A stretch of 63,875 bases of DNA, counting the filler, from Octopus bimaculoides (Eukaryota): assembly GCF_001194135.2 (NCBI RefSeq). It is 8 parts of 8 records of this genome, joined end to end, with 100 filler letters (N's around TTAATTAATTAA, not from the genome) between each part and the next. Parts side by side here need not be neighbours in the genome. Positions count along the whole stretch, not along the records: positions 37,253 to 54,481 come from NC_068983.1; 7 more parts are not named here. One strand, written 5' to 3'. The notes below the pieces were generated by a model. The model saw only the letters and a list, made by a program, of their open reading frames with translations. It searched no databases and was not told the origin of the DNA. Positions 38,649 through 51,849 of the stretch are shown here, one piece after another (the stretch's first letter is position 1; every line of letters starts with the position of its first letter). The translations under genes were made by a program, and so were the position numbers.

Positions 38649-40119
38649 TTAATATATATATATATATATTAATGACAATAAATTTCTTGTTACATTAAAA
38701 CTTAAGAAGAAATCAGAAGCTTCATAACTTTGAGTACAACCACGTGATACTTGAAAAGGATATTTATTTAGATATCCATTTAAACCTGTGCACACATATG
38801 AGTTGAAAGAAGTCTTTGAAGACAGTATCCACTGTACGCTAGGTGGTTATCTTGCATAAAATCAATTAAAATATCATGTGATGTACGCCTGCGTAAAGTA
38901 ACATTAATAAAGCATTCGCCAACAGTGTGTGGTTAAAAGCTCCCTTTGCTGTCACATGGTATCGAGGTCAACGAAGTTGCTAATTTCATGAAGATAGTAT
39001 TGTCATATAATAGTGAAAAATAGATATTAGTAGAAATGCTAGCGGAAGGTAAGGGGCTCTCTTTCACGATTTGCACTTGAAATTTATTTGCCAAAACTAA
39101 TTGGAAAACTAATTGACTTTATCAGTACTTCAAGTTCAAAATGTAAATCTTGAGTGAACATGGTTCATTAAGATATAACTTCTGCTATTCATTTGGTCCA
39201 CACAAACAAAACCACACAAGGTTGTAAATGGCATAAATGTTATAAGCTGCAATATCAGGTTTAATGATGATGCTGAGGTGTGGCGTGGATAGTTTAAAAT
39301 GGCCGCGTTGGAATAGTCAGTACGATGTACACATTTCTGATATTGTGCACCACTTCTTGAAGACGGAAAAGAAAAACAGGAATGAAGCTCTGTAGTTGTC
39401 TTGCTAAGCATAAACGAGTTGATACTTCATTAGCCGTATGATGCTAATATACAAGAAAGACTATGTGCATGTGAATATGAGACCTTCCCACTGCTGTGAT
39501 CGAGATGTATAAAGTACGAGTGAAGTACAAGGGTCAACGTAATCAACTTTCCCCCAAATTGCTGGTCTTTCGCTAAAATTAGGCAAACCTGTAGTAGTTA
39601 AGCCGCTCGAGGTGTGGTGGTTTAATTCACTTGCTAAAATATCAAGATTTGTTTCTGATTTAAACCCAATAAATTTGAAGGAAGTAAGTCAGTACTTATC
39701 ATAAATTTCAGCACTGACGAGTACTTTATTTTATCGACCACAAAATGATGAAAAGGTGAGATTTAAACAGGCACACGGTCTCAATGAGGAGGGGATTTAA
39801 TCGATTACATCAACCTCACTTCATGAGTGGTATTTTATTTTTTTCGACCCTGAAAAGGATGAAAGGTTACTTCAGTAAGATTTGAAATCAGAATGCATAC
39901 AGCTGGAAGAAATAATCCAAAGTATTTTTCCAATGCTCCGACAGTTCTTCCAGCTCACAATTTCTTTAAAAAACATAAGGAATAAAAGTAAATATGTCAC
40001 GAAATAAACAGATATAATCGTTTGTGGATGACAATGGCTGAAAAGTTGAATATTTCTATCTTCAGAATGCATATATGCCTGTCGAGTTTATAAGTTTTTT
40101 ATAATGCTCATAGCCCACT

Positions 40120-40400
40120 TCATGGTTGAATTAGTTATTTTGTTAGTGATTTAGTTAATTATTTAATTTCTTCGTGAATTAGTTAATTAGTTTTGATTTA
40201 ATTAGTTTATGAAATAATTAGTGAAATAATTAGTTAATTAATTAGATGAATAGTTAATTAGTTACTTAGATAACTGGTTAGTTATAAGTTCATGAATTAG
40301 ATAATTTATTAATTAGGGAGTTAGTTTATTAATTAGTTAGTTAATGAGGTAGATAATTAGTCAATTAGTTGATAATATAAAAAATTAGTTAGCTAGCTAG
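40120..40400. repeat. Degenerate TTAG/TTAA-rich low-complexity tract
   Basis: Repeated attagtt/taatta motifs. Confidence 0.8.
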
Positions 40401-40429
40401 ATAGTGCTTTAGACCCCCTATTCACGGGA

Positions 40430-40870
40430 CATGGGACTGCCAGAGCCTCTCTGTCTTCTCCGTCAAGTGCCAGGTCCCAAATCTCATCTCAGCTCTCACC
40501 ATCACTCCTGAGATCTTTCACTCCTGAAAGGCACTTGTCCATCGAACGCCCTTACATTCTGAGACTCTACAGAGACTCTGGTGATACTGGAGACTCTGGT
40601 GAAAAAGAATTGGGTGAGTTACGGTAAATGTGAACAGAAAAGACCGATGCGTAGTTAAAGATATTATTTGATGTACTAAAACGTGTTGTATCAAATGATG
40701 TTGATAAAGCTAAGAACATGCGAAATATGGGGTACAAAGTAGTGCAAAAGCGATTTGACGAAGAGAAGTGAGATCTCATCACAAAATATTGAAACGAATA
40801 TTGAACAACAAGAGCACTCAGAGAGCGCAAACCTCCGCGAAGGCAACTCCAACATCCTCTCAACGATTAG
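40430..40870 (+). pseudogene. Unassigned decayed coding-like segment (probably mobile element)
   Basis: One frame reads Ser/Pro-rich RASLSSPSS...ERPYILRLYRDSGDTGDSGEKELGELR, then LKILFDVLKRVVSNDVDKAKNMRNMGYKVVQKRFDEEK, with few stops; family not recognised. Confidence 0.3.
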
Positions 40871-41324
40871 CAAAAGATGATTTTTAAAAGGTGTAGATAA
40901 AGTACGGGCCACATATGTTCCATAGCGATCGGAAGCTCGGAAGTAGCAAATATCCAGGCGAATTGTATACCGCAGGCTACACTTCAGGACAATATTCTTC
41001 TCATCAAACGAGATTTTAACTTGTCGTTAGGAGGCCCATATTAACACACACAGGAATACACATTATGTATTTAATTTCATTATTTACAGAACATTTCAAG
41101 CAAGATTCTTGTATGTGCTCCATTTTAATATCACAGATGTTTCTATCGTGGTGGTAGAAATTTATTGATTTTTCAGACAGAGAAATTATTTCTTATTTGA
41201 AATAAAACTCAATCAACCATTGTTATTTACTTAGACATCAAAGATAAACTTTAGAACATTTTCTTTCAATCCTCTCCATATTTTAACTAAAATGATAATT
41301 ATATTCGGTTACTGCTTCTACTTC

Positions 41325-41338
41325 TAAACACCACCACC

Positions 41339-41381
<43 letters not shown>

Positions 41382-41382
41382 T

Positions 41383-41420
<38 letters not shown>

Positions 41421-41514
41421 ACACAACAACTAACACATCTCCTACTACGACTACCACAACCAGCTCCCCAACCGCTACTGTCACCATCACTAATACTACT
41501 ACCACTACCACTCT

Positions 41515-41569
<55 letters not shown>

Positions 41570-41600
41570 GCTGCTGCTGCTACTGCTGCTGCTGTTACTG
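41325..41600. repeat. Compound (CAC)/(CTA)/(CTG) microsatellite
   Basis: Directly visible. Confidence 0.97.
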
Positions 41601-41606
41601 CTCGTG

Positions 41607-41790
41607 AGGACGCATGGCCTAGTGGTTAAGGTGTTGCACTTAGGATCACGAGACCGTGGTTTCAAATACTCGACCGAGTGGTTCGTTGTTTTCTTGAGCA
41701 AAACAATTCATCTCTCGTTGCTCTGCAGTCACTTCAACACCTGATGCTTGGTACACCGTGCACAAGTTCAGGCAATGCCGTTTTAGTAGA
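41607..41790 (+). mobile_element. tRNA-derived SINE (family C/D)
   Basis: A-box TGGCCTAGTGG (41615-41625), B-box GGTTTCAAATAC (41658-41669), CORE-like gttttcttgagcaaaaca. Confidence 0.72.
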
Positions 41791-42071
41791 GGCGAGTGGG
41801 AGTCAGCTAATACACAGCACACATATTCGGTTGGTGCATAATTGCTGCTTTTTTCCAAAAAATTTATTCAACAAAAAAAAAAACATGTAACAAAAACATC
41901 TTTAAATGATTATTCCGGAGCATATTCACAATCTACTTCAATTGCCGCTTCCCATTTGCTTGTTTTTGTTGAATAAAATTTGTTGCAATTATTATGCACC
42001 ATACAAATCATTTATTTTTGTCGTTCAACAAGAATTTGCAGAGCCATCTTTCTCAGATTTCGTGAGACTAC

Positions 42072-42168
<97 letters not shown>

Positions 42169-42701
42169 TTCAACAATCTCTTTTGCTGCTGCATGCTTTT
42201 ATTAACTACTGGATCCTGGGTGTGTCCAGTGTTTGCTATTTGTTTTGTATTTACTAATTGTTCACTGTATACAACATAGAAAATACACGTCCTTAATTTG
42301 TTTTTGTGTTATTGTTTGCATGTTATAACAGTGAATATTTATTTTCATTTCCTTTTTAGTCCCCATATTGTTTCTCAATTCCTACGATTCATGAGCTGTG
42401 TTACCCGCCTTCGATGACATATAAGCGACCGAAACCACAATCCCATCCAGTAAATGGTGCGCCGGTCTGTTGTAGTGTTAAAGGCCAAGAATTTTGTGGG
42501 AAGAAGTCAAGATTATAACAGCGTCCCCAGTATTTGATTGGCACTTTATTTTATCGATCCTGAAGAATGCAAAGCAAAGTTGGTCTCACCGGGATTTTAA
42601 CTCAGAGTGTGAAAAGTTAGAAGTACGGCTTAGTATTTTGTGCAACTTGCTAATAATTCAACCACTTCGTTGCTTGGTTTACCTCCATTTTCAGGTATTT
42701 A

Positions 42702-42950
42702 GGAGGTACATTCAAAAAGTATCTGACTTTATTTTTTACCGCCAAAACTAATACTATGTGGTAAAAATCTTTTTGGTGGAAGGTGACGCTACCTTTTCTG
42801 CGCATGTATGGAAATTTTCGCACCGCTAAGCCGCGTCAGTTCTCGACTGCAATGCCTTGAGTACAGAAATATATTGCGCTCTTATCGGAAATTTGCTGTC
42901 ACGCAAGAAGAGCGATTGCATTGAACAGAGATATAAACCCATGCTGCGTC
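42702..42950 (+). mobile_element. mariner 5' end (TIR, 5' UTR, start of transposase)
   Basis: TA-ggaggtacattcaaaaagtatctgac TIR-like start; downstream EQRY-like codons. Confidence 0.5.
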
Positions 42951-45193
42951 ACCAGTGATAATAGTCATCATGAAGTCTTGTTCGTGATTTTCTCAGTCCA
43001 GCATATCTTGAGCTGATGAGTAGGCTATAGCAGAGGACAGGAAGTCCCAAAGACTCTAGAAAGCGTACATCGATCTTTGGTATGGTAGCATTACATAAAA
43101 AAATAACTGTCTGTGATAAATTCTGCTGACATGTGGAACTATGTGTAACAGATGCCATCGCACATAGGACGGATCAGACTATGAGTTGGATCCCTTTAAA
43201 CTTTGTCCCATTGGATTCCTTCGGAAAATCAGAACACGATTCTTTTCTGTATTTGTAGGTAATTCAAAAGAAGCAGTGAACAGCTGAAAGCAACCCCTAA
43301 ATAATGTTTTTAAATATCGGCTGCGGTAGAATTTGAGGGCAGTTAGAGAGGTGCAGCACCCAAGCAAATTTTGAGACTGTTAGTACCAAGATGTGAAAGT
43401 TATATGTATAAGAAAATCAATGGTTCAACTTTATCAGCTATTTGCAGTCGAGACATGGCGAGTGCTGGCAGTAGAAGGCTTTAGGCTTCTTGAGGAACTT
43501 TGATTATCCCTTTGGTTGCCATTCTCATACCACTGTCGGTGCTTTTATGCTGTCATGTCATAAATATGTTTTTCTTCATTGGACATTAAGTTTTCGTTTT
43601 TCCGTTGCTTCTCATATATATAAAAATAGCACAATATACTTCATTGTAATAATTTTAGAGAATACAAATATATATATATATATATATATANNNNNNNNNN
43701 NNNNNNNNNNNNNNNNNNNNNNNNNNNNNNNNNNNNNNNNNNNNNNNNNNNNNNNNNNNNNNNNNNNNNNNNNNNNNNNNNNNNNNNNNNNNNNNNNNNN
43801 NNNNNNNNNNNNNNNNNNNNNNNNNNNNNNNNNNNNNNNNNNNNNNNNNNNNNNNNNNNNNNNNNNNNNNNNNNNNNNNNNNNNNNNNNNNNNNNNNNNN
43901 NNNNNNNNNNNNNNNNNNNNNNNNNNNNNNNNNNNNNNNNNNNNNNNNNNNNNNNNNNNNNNNNNNNNNNNNNNNNNNNNNNNNNNNNNNNNNNNNNNNN
44001 NNNNNNNNNNNNNNNNNNNNNNNNNNNNNNNNNNNNNNNNNNNNNNNNNNNNNNNNNNNNNNNNNNNNNNNNNNNNNNNNNNNNNNNNNNNNNNNNNNNN
44101 NNNNNNNNNNNNNNNNNNNNNNNNNNNNNNNNNNNNNNNNNNNNNNNNNNNNNNNNNNNNNNNNNNNNNNNNNNNNNNNNNNNNNNNNNNNNNNNNNNNN
44201 NNNNNNNNNNNNNNNNNNNNNNNNNNNNNNNNNNNNNNNNNNNNNNNNNNNNNNNNNNNNNNNNNNNNNNNNNNNNNNNNNNNNNNNNNNNNNNNNNNNN
44301 NNNNNNNNNNNNNNNNNNNNNNNNNNNNNNNNATATATATATATATATACATACATATGTTACTTTTTTGTTTGAACTAGTGACACAGTAAAACACAACT
44401 GAAAATAGATTACATCTAAGCACATCCGCATCACAAAAGATTAATTTTTGAAAGATATTATCGAAATCAGAAAATAAAGAGAAATACTTATTTGCAACTT
44501 ATAATCAGCAAAAAACACAGTTTTCAACAAAAACATGTTAAATACACACCCACCCATATACTTATATATATGTAAGTATTCATGTATGTACGTATGTATG
44601 TATAAATTTCGAAACCTATAATCGACAGTGTTATGAATAATAAAGAATAAATACTTCCCCCGAAGGACTTTGCAAGACATGGGAACTGCTATATTGGCTA
44701 TTATATAAAATCTATATTCATTGAAGTTAAAAACAGTATTATAGTAAAAAGTCATCTTACATACAGACAGACAATTTTCAGATTCATTCGAGTCCCGCGT
44801 GCAAACGTATTGTTCGATCGTGAATGACTTTTTCTTATAAAAAAACACCCAACTGTTTCTCATTGTTTTCTTATAATGCAGGATGGCGTACAGACACACT
44901 CTCACACAAGCAGACAGTCGGACACGCACCACACACACACGCAAACATTTCTGACCTTTTTAATAATCATTTTTGGTTTCGTTAGGGCATTAGATTTGAG
45001 CTACTGTAGGCTGCAACGCAAGATGAAGATATTCTGAGATCAAATTCCGTTGAGCTCGGCTTTGCCTTTCATCCTTTCAGGGTCAACGAAACAATTACCA
45101 CCTGACCAATGAAATCAAAATTACTAGTCCCGCCCCATACAAAAAAAAAAAAGATGCCAGTCCTTGTGCCTAAAGTGGAAATTATTATTGTCA

Positions 45194-45267
<74 letters not shown>

Positions 45268-45409
45268 TAAGACGTCGTACAGCAACCAATATCGTGGTGT
45301 TGTTGATTGAAGACATTTTGTCTAGCCGGGGTTTGTAATGTCCGGCAAGTCACAACAAGGACCCCAGACGGACAGGACTTTTCGCAATATGCCTGCAGTT
45401 TCAGTTTAA

Positions 45410-45645
45410 GGCGGTGAGCTGGCAGAAACGTTAGCGCGCCGGGCGAAATGCTTAGCGGTATTTCGTCTGCCGTTACGTTCTGAGTTCAAATTCGGCCGAG
45501 GTCGATTTTGCCTTTCATCCTTTTCGGGGTTTATTAAGTAAGTACCAGTTATGCACTGGAGTCGAAGTAATCGACTTAATCTCTTTGTCTGTCTTTGCTT
45601 GTCCCCTCTATGTTTTGCCCCCTGCGGGGAATATAGAAATAAATA
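45410..45645 (+). mobile_element. tRNA-derived SINE, family A head with alternative tail
   Basis: ggcggtgagctggcagaaacg; B-box GTTCAAATTC (45484-45493); tail ctctttgtctgtctttgcttgtcccctctatg differs from other A copies. Confidence 0.88.
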
Positions 45646-45872
45646 TGCGTGCAGTTCCAAGTAATGCTGATTTTTGCAATACGCCTAGATTGTAGGATAT
45701 TTTAAAAAGTTTCCAGGTGTTTTTACAGATAGAGTGGGTATTGAACTCAATGCTCTGGTGACAATAGGGACAACGTTTAAGTTTGATTCTCGTAGCTGGT
45801 ACCTCTTAGGGATCTCAATTCTCAGGTCTCCATACTTATCAATCGTTTCTCTTTCTTTCACGAGAATATTTT

Positions 45873-46090
45873 AGGCGGCGGCTGATTGAATCGTTCGCAC
45901 GTTGGACGAAATGCTTAGCAGTATTTCGTCCGTTCTCCATTCTGAATTCATATTCTGCCGAGGTCGGTTTTACCTTTCATTTTTGCCGGGCTTGATAAAG
46001 GAAGTACCAGTTGAACACTGGGGTCATTGTAATAGATTCATCCCCGCCCTTAAAATTACTCTCCTTGAGGCAAAATTTGAAATTATTATT
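45873..46090 (+). mobile_element. tRNA-derived SINE, family A
   Basis: Diverged full-length copy. Confidence 0.82.
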
Positions 46091-46139
46091 GTAGGAAGTT
46101 TGTTGAAAGGTGGTTGAATGTTGGAAGAATGGCTAGTAT

Positions 46140-46406
46140 GAAAAGGCCAATTCTGAGCATGCACCTGTAAACAAAAGGAGAAGAGCTATTGCCCTGTTGT
46201 TCAGGCACCCGTGGCTTTTGTGGGTTTTTCCACGAGGTCCTTAAAGTGCCTCCCCTATTGGGAGTTTTAAATTGTTTAATGTTTAATTGTTATTTATATT
46301 GTTTACACATTGTAAAACCCATTGTATCATCCTGTTTTTGTCTTTTATGTTGTTGCATGTCAATTAATATTTTGTATGTGAGCCCTTGTGGCCAATAAAA
46401 GAATAA

Positions 46407-46410
<4 letters not shown>
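46140..46410 (+). mobile_element. Probable LINE 3' UTR with AATAAA and (TTA)n tail
   Basis: T-rich UTR ending gagcccttgtggccAATAAAagaataaa(tta)n. Confidence 0.45.
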
Positions 46411-46445
<35 letters not shown>

Positions 46446-46455
46446 ATTATTATTA

Positions 46456-46492
<37 letters not shown>

Positions 46493-46989
46493 CATATTAT
46501 TATTATTATTATTATTATTATTATCATAAGATATTGCACATACATTCAAGCATAACCAGATGTTCACATATGAATAAAGAGAATAAGAGCGAAGGGGTGA
46601 GGAAGAGACGAAGGAAATATAGAAGTGCGTGATACACAAAAGCTTCTAATGTCAAGTAAATCAGCGTCTAATCTGTGACGCCAAGTTGGCGGCGAGTAAA
46701 CTACTGTGCTAAAACGCCCCATGTGGTAATATATAAGCTTAAAATTACATATCTGCTATTAATATAATTATGTATTGAAATGGTTTACAAAAAATTGTAA
46801 TAGAATTATGATATAACATCAATGGTAACGGCGCGAAACCACTATGATGTTTGGGAAATACTAAGGGCAAACTCAGCTGCGAATATTCCGTGTTAAGTTT
46901 TCGTTTCGTTTCCCGTTTGCTTTGCTTTTGTCTAACTTTTTCTCCTTGTTATGTTCTTTCTGTTCAACCTGTGATGTAATATATCTATG

Positions 46990-47300
46990 CGTTACTACCT
47001 ACAAACGATTTGTCTGCCTAATGCGGACTTCCATAATAAGTCTGCTTCAGTGATAAGTGTTAATAATTCGACAGCTGTATATTGAGTGGATGTGAGTAGT
47101 GAGTTGGAAATAATGAAAACGTGTCTCTCATAACTTGTCATAAAAATGATGCATGAAGTACCTGGTGATATTTGGTTCGGAGAAGTAAAGCCGAAATTAT
47201 CTCTAAGAGCGGAAAGCATAAGATAGCTACGCATTGATGAGGGTAGAAAAGAAACATGAATTAAACAAGTGATAGACATAGAAATATTTAGAAATTAATG
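46990..47300 (+). mobile_element. LINE ORF1 PHD-finger remnant (CR1/L2 type)
   Basis: LQTICLPNADFHNKSA ... MMHEVPGDIWFGEVKP resembles C..C..WFH..C ... WFC..C with Cys residues decayed; several stops. Confidence 0.4.
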
Positions 47301-48044
47301 AACAAGACAGTTGAATATTTAGGAAAAAGTTTGGGTGGTATCTAGAAATACTTCAAGCAAACAATTATAAGGAAATGAACTCCTAACACTAAGATATACG
47401 GTTGTTCTAATTGCTCTAGTTTGGCACCAGTTAAATGAATTCAATTAGAAACGAAGCAGAAAAGTGAAACTTGAAAACGAAAATAAATGAAAGCCAGCAT
47501 AAGTTGAACTTTGTAATTATTTTAGAAACAGGCGAAAGAAAAATGCTTCTTTCTCGTTATGATAAAATAACTGTAGCGCCAAAACAAAAATACCTAAAAT
47601 AAGAAATTATGCACAAATTCCTAAATGCACAAATAATTAGTAACAACGACTGGTTAATGAATAAATAATGAATGCGGAGTAAAACATGTGAATCGTTATG
47701 TAACATGCATAATTAGAAAAAGAGTTAGAAAATAGGAAGAAAATATCAAACACTTATCATCTCTTGCTGCAATAAAATATAATATGAAGAGTCTCATAAA
47801 AAATGTAAAGTATATGAGAAAATATTTAATAAAATGATATAAGTGGGTAGATACTAAAATCAAAGTGATATTAATTAAATCACAAGACCTTGGTTTTTCC
47901 TTGCGATGCAAATTTGGAAATAGATACGGAGTATATACTGTGCCAGTAACCCCAAACTGTACATTATATTGTTTATAGTTCCTTATTTGAAACACAGCAC
48001 ATCCACCCACTCATACCCACGCTGATGCTTATATCTATGTATCA

Positions 48045-48090
<46 letters not shown>

Positions 48091-48391
48091 NNNNNNNNNN
48101 NNNNNNNNNNNNNNNNNNNNNNNNNNNNNNNNNNNNNNNNNNNNNNNNNNNNNNNNNNNNNNNNNNNNNNNNNNNNNNNNNNNNNNNNNNNNNNNNNNNN
48201 NNNNNNNNNNNNNNNNNNNNNNNNNNNNNNNNNNNNNNNNNNNNNNNNNNNNNNNNNNNNNNNNNNNNNNNNNNNNNNNNNNNNNNNNNNNNNNNNNNNN
48301 NNNNNNNNNNNNNNNNNNNNNNNNNNNNNNNNNNNNNNNNNNNNNNNNNNNNNNNNNNNNNNNNNNNNNNNNNNNNNNNNNNNNNNNNNNN

Positions 48392-48435
<44 letters not shown>

Positions 48436-48885
48436 GTATATATGTATGTGTGTATATATATATATATGCGTATGTGTGTGTGAGAATGTATGTATGTATA
48501 TCTTACAATCACAAAACAGCACATTACACACACAGGCACACGCACACAAGTGAGTGTGTAAGTGATGTACAGTTCCATGATGGTAAAATGAAGAAAAGTT
48601 TACTCCATCTTTTGAGAGATAACTATTATTTAATAGACACAATACAGGTTGTTACGTACCACCAATATTGTTTTTATGCTGATAACATGCCAAGTAATGA
48701 ATTATAGCATGTGTGATAGCCCAACATAGTCATCAGACACAAACCACATAGTATAACGAACTAAAAATTGAATGATCTGTGTTGGGATGTCACTTATTTT
48801 ATAATTCATTATTTGGCATGCTCTCTGCATAAGATACTATCAGTAGTACATAGAAACATTATCGCGTTCATTAAATAATATATAT

Positions 48886-48918
<33 letters not shown>

Positions 48919-49296
48919 GTTATAGTTACAGTATATTCTGTTAAGAACGTGGTAGAGTACAGTATAAAGCTCATCCACCTTCAATTTATCTTGTGTTGTC
49001 CAATACCAATACTCTACGCACTTCCAGGTTTGAGTTTGAGCATCTGTCATGTGTGAATAGAGAATTGAAAAAATTGGAATCGGCAAGAGGTGGGTACAGT
49101 CGGACATTTATTTTTTTAATCACTACAATTGTTTCCACACAACGTAGTTCTCCAGGCATGCAGGTACTTGATTATACAACTGTTTCCCTGCATTATGAAA
49201 TCTAGTTGTGTTTCTTCAGGTGATATGTAAATATTGTCTCCGTAAATTTAAAATCCTCGGCTTCAAATCTACAGTTTTACCTTGTATGTATGTATG

Positions 49297-49327
<31 letters not shown>

Positions 49328-49356
49328 GTAGGTAGGTAGGTAGGTTTGTAGGTAGG

Positions 49357-49413
<57 letters not shown>

Positions 49414-50289
49414 TGGTTGATTGATTCATTGACTGATTGATTGATTGAGTGATTGATTGATTGAGTGACTGATATAACCGCATGGCTTTCAACAACCCAG
49501 TTACTTGTCAAATAAACGACGGAAAATAGAATCCGAAACCAATGCTTGGTAGAATAAACCACCAAAGAGCTGAGAGAAATTCTGTTATTTTCCATTGTTA
49601 ACAATTTTATGATACCGTTAAAATACAAAGAAAGTAGGGAAATACAAAATGTACAAAAACGATAGGTTTTGATCAAAATCGTCAATGAAAGCGTGGCTTT
49701 TATTTCAAAACTGACATGATGCGTTTTCCCACCTTTAGTCTAGTTCATTTTGGTTGGCAGTAAAGAAGAAATATATCAGAAGAAACTTTCAATTTGAAAG
49801 CTTGAAAAGAGGTGATAGGCCTTTCAATAAATAAACAAATAAATAAAGTCTCGCTGAGAATAAACTCAAAAAGCTAGAAGAGAAATGTTGTACCATCCAG
49901 GAGCGGAATAGTACAAAGGGCTGGATAAAATAGTCAAGACAGCAGTATAAATGCAAACATCATACAGGTGAAACTAAAGTTGCGTGTGAGAGGGCTGAAA
50001 AAATAATAATAGTTTACAGCTTTTCAAGTACAATGTAATAAAAAAAAATCTGTACCATTCGCACAAACACAGCTTATATACTTCAATATTTGGAAAATCC
50101 TTTCAAAGAAAATATTAAAACTAAACCCCCAAGCAGCCCTCCAGCAATATCTGCTGTTATGGGGATTGATAAATTAAATATTAGTGAAATACTGCGAGCG
50201 ATTTAATCGCCTGTATCTCTTAACCAAATTTCTGACTATTTTCCAAGCCAGAATTTATCATTTATATTATTATATGAAATCTTACATTG

Positions 50290-50645
50290 TCTGAATGGAG
50301 ATGAAACCAAAATTAGATAACTACAATTACTTTGGAAGTCATATCTCCAAATCCAAAAATGATACAGAAATGAAAATTGGTAAAGCTTGGTAAGTGCTTA
50401 ATTCTTTGAATGCTTGGGTAAGATATAGAATTCTAATCTTCCACGTAAAACTGAAATAATCGTTTCCAGAGGTGCAGCTGAATCAATTTTAGTTTATGGT
50501 TCGATAACAGGGACATTTACAGCTTCCATGAAGAAAATATTGAATAACACGTACAACGCCAGAATGCTTCATTCAATTCTAAACATCTCATAGCGTTAAC
50601 ACAAAGTGTTATACCAAGACATCCCATCTATATCATACAGGATTC
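50290..50645 (+). mobile_element. RTE-clade LINE fragment (post-RT region)
   Basis: NYFGSHI...IGKAW*VLNSL, then NLPRKT...AESILVYGSITGTFTASMKKIL...RMLHSILNIS*. Confidence 0.8.
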
Positions 50646-51210
50646 GAGTTCTGTCTGGAAAACATTAGTGCTGTATTTGATTTCTTAATGTGCTTTATAT
50701 TGTTTTAAGCTTACTTTGAAAATCGTGATTATATTAACGTAATCTAATTTACTTTATTAAATCTGCAAGGTCAGATTTGTGTCATGTTATTATCGAGTGT
50801 CTGTTTGAGGAGCAACTTTCCTATCTCATAAATGTTCTAATTTCGTCTGAAAAAATTAGGGCGTTATAAGATTTCTTGAATTTGTTTATATCATATTTAA
50901 GAGTAGTTTGGAAGGTATTATTGCGTTAACAAAATATAATATTCGTTATTATATTCAAAAGGCTAGATTTTATGTCCGTTATTAAATTGAAGAGGCTGGA
51001 TTTAATGTTCGTTATTAAATCAAGACGGTCGAAGGTTAGTTCCATGTTTTGCTACCATGGTTGTTTGATGTTGTATTATTTAAGTTAGAGTTGATGAAAT
51101 GCGCTTTCAACTACATGCGCCTAACTACATCCCCGGTTTTCTCTTGTCGATTCCCGATCCAGAGATCATTTGAATTATTTAGAATGCTTTTTGGCAGAGT
51201 GGTCTGTGTG
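50644..51210 (-). mobile_element. Penelope-like element ORF N-terminal region (DKT/DKG-motif domain), two tandem remnants
   Basis: VVRRM*LKAHF (51096-51128), LITNIK, NTFQTTLKYDINKFKKSYNALIFSDEIR / NIYEIGK; second copy DLIK*IRLR..DFQSKLK..IKKS..LMFPDRTR (50644-50780). Confidence 0.78.
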
Positions 51211-51420
51211 ATATATTTATATATTTAGTAAAGTCTCATTTTGCAATATTACGAGCGCTCGACTATAATGGGTCTCTCTATATCTCAACATATCTCAATC
51301 CATTTGAACGATTGTCTGACAAGTAATGTATATGTTGCATGGCGCAACCAGTCATTAAACGATGACGAGAATATCATAGGAGGGAGCTGTCTCTCGTGTC
51401 AGTTTTCAGCGTCTGTCTTT

Positions 51421-51480
51421 CCAGCCTCTGTAACTGATGAGGTGATAACTACTCCGAAATGGATGCATCTAACAGTCTGG
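51421..51480 (+). ncRNA. Type I hammerhead ribozyme motif, canonical core
   Basis: CTGATGA (51434-40); stem II GG.G/C.CC; GAAA (51456-59); stem III ATG-gatg-CAT; ATC cleavage triplet, cut after 51469; stem I CTGTAA/TAACAG (5/6) extended by CCAG/CTGG across an internal loop. Confidence 0.75.
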
Positions 51481-51849
51481 TTAGGGTAACTGTGAGCTGA
51501 CTCGGTGTATTTACATTTATCTGTCTACTCCGAGAAATTTCTTCCATGACAAAATATAGTGAATTACATCCTTACGAGTCCGAATACGCTTCAGATATAT
51601 TTGAAGTGGTAACAAATTTCTGTTGCAAATCTTTGAAACTATGTCTGGATACATAATATGAATATTGTGATTGCTGAAACAACCTCTTCATATACGCTAT
51701 GTGCGCGTTTGTAAATTAGAAATCGTTCAAACGTTATCATAGTATAAAGTGTGTAATATAGAAACGAGATTATGTTGTATCCATTTAGTAAATAATATCA
51801 AAAACATTAAAATATATCAATCGATAGAAATATATAATACAATATATAT

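Noticed and set aside
40120-40400. Interstitial telomeric array
   Set aside because: Motifs are TTAGTT/TTAATT, not TTAGGG; irregular period.
43013-43060. CTGATGAG followed by purine-rich sequence (also CTGATGA at 8084 and 18655)
   Set aside because: No GAAA after a closing stem II; chance heptamers.
43400-43505. FAVETW..LAVEGFRLLEEL as a CRE-type RLE remnant
   Set aside because: A single short motif with no supporting upstream motifs readable; too weak to list as a feature.
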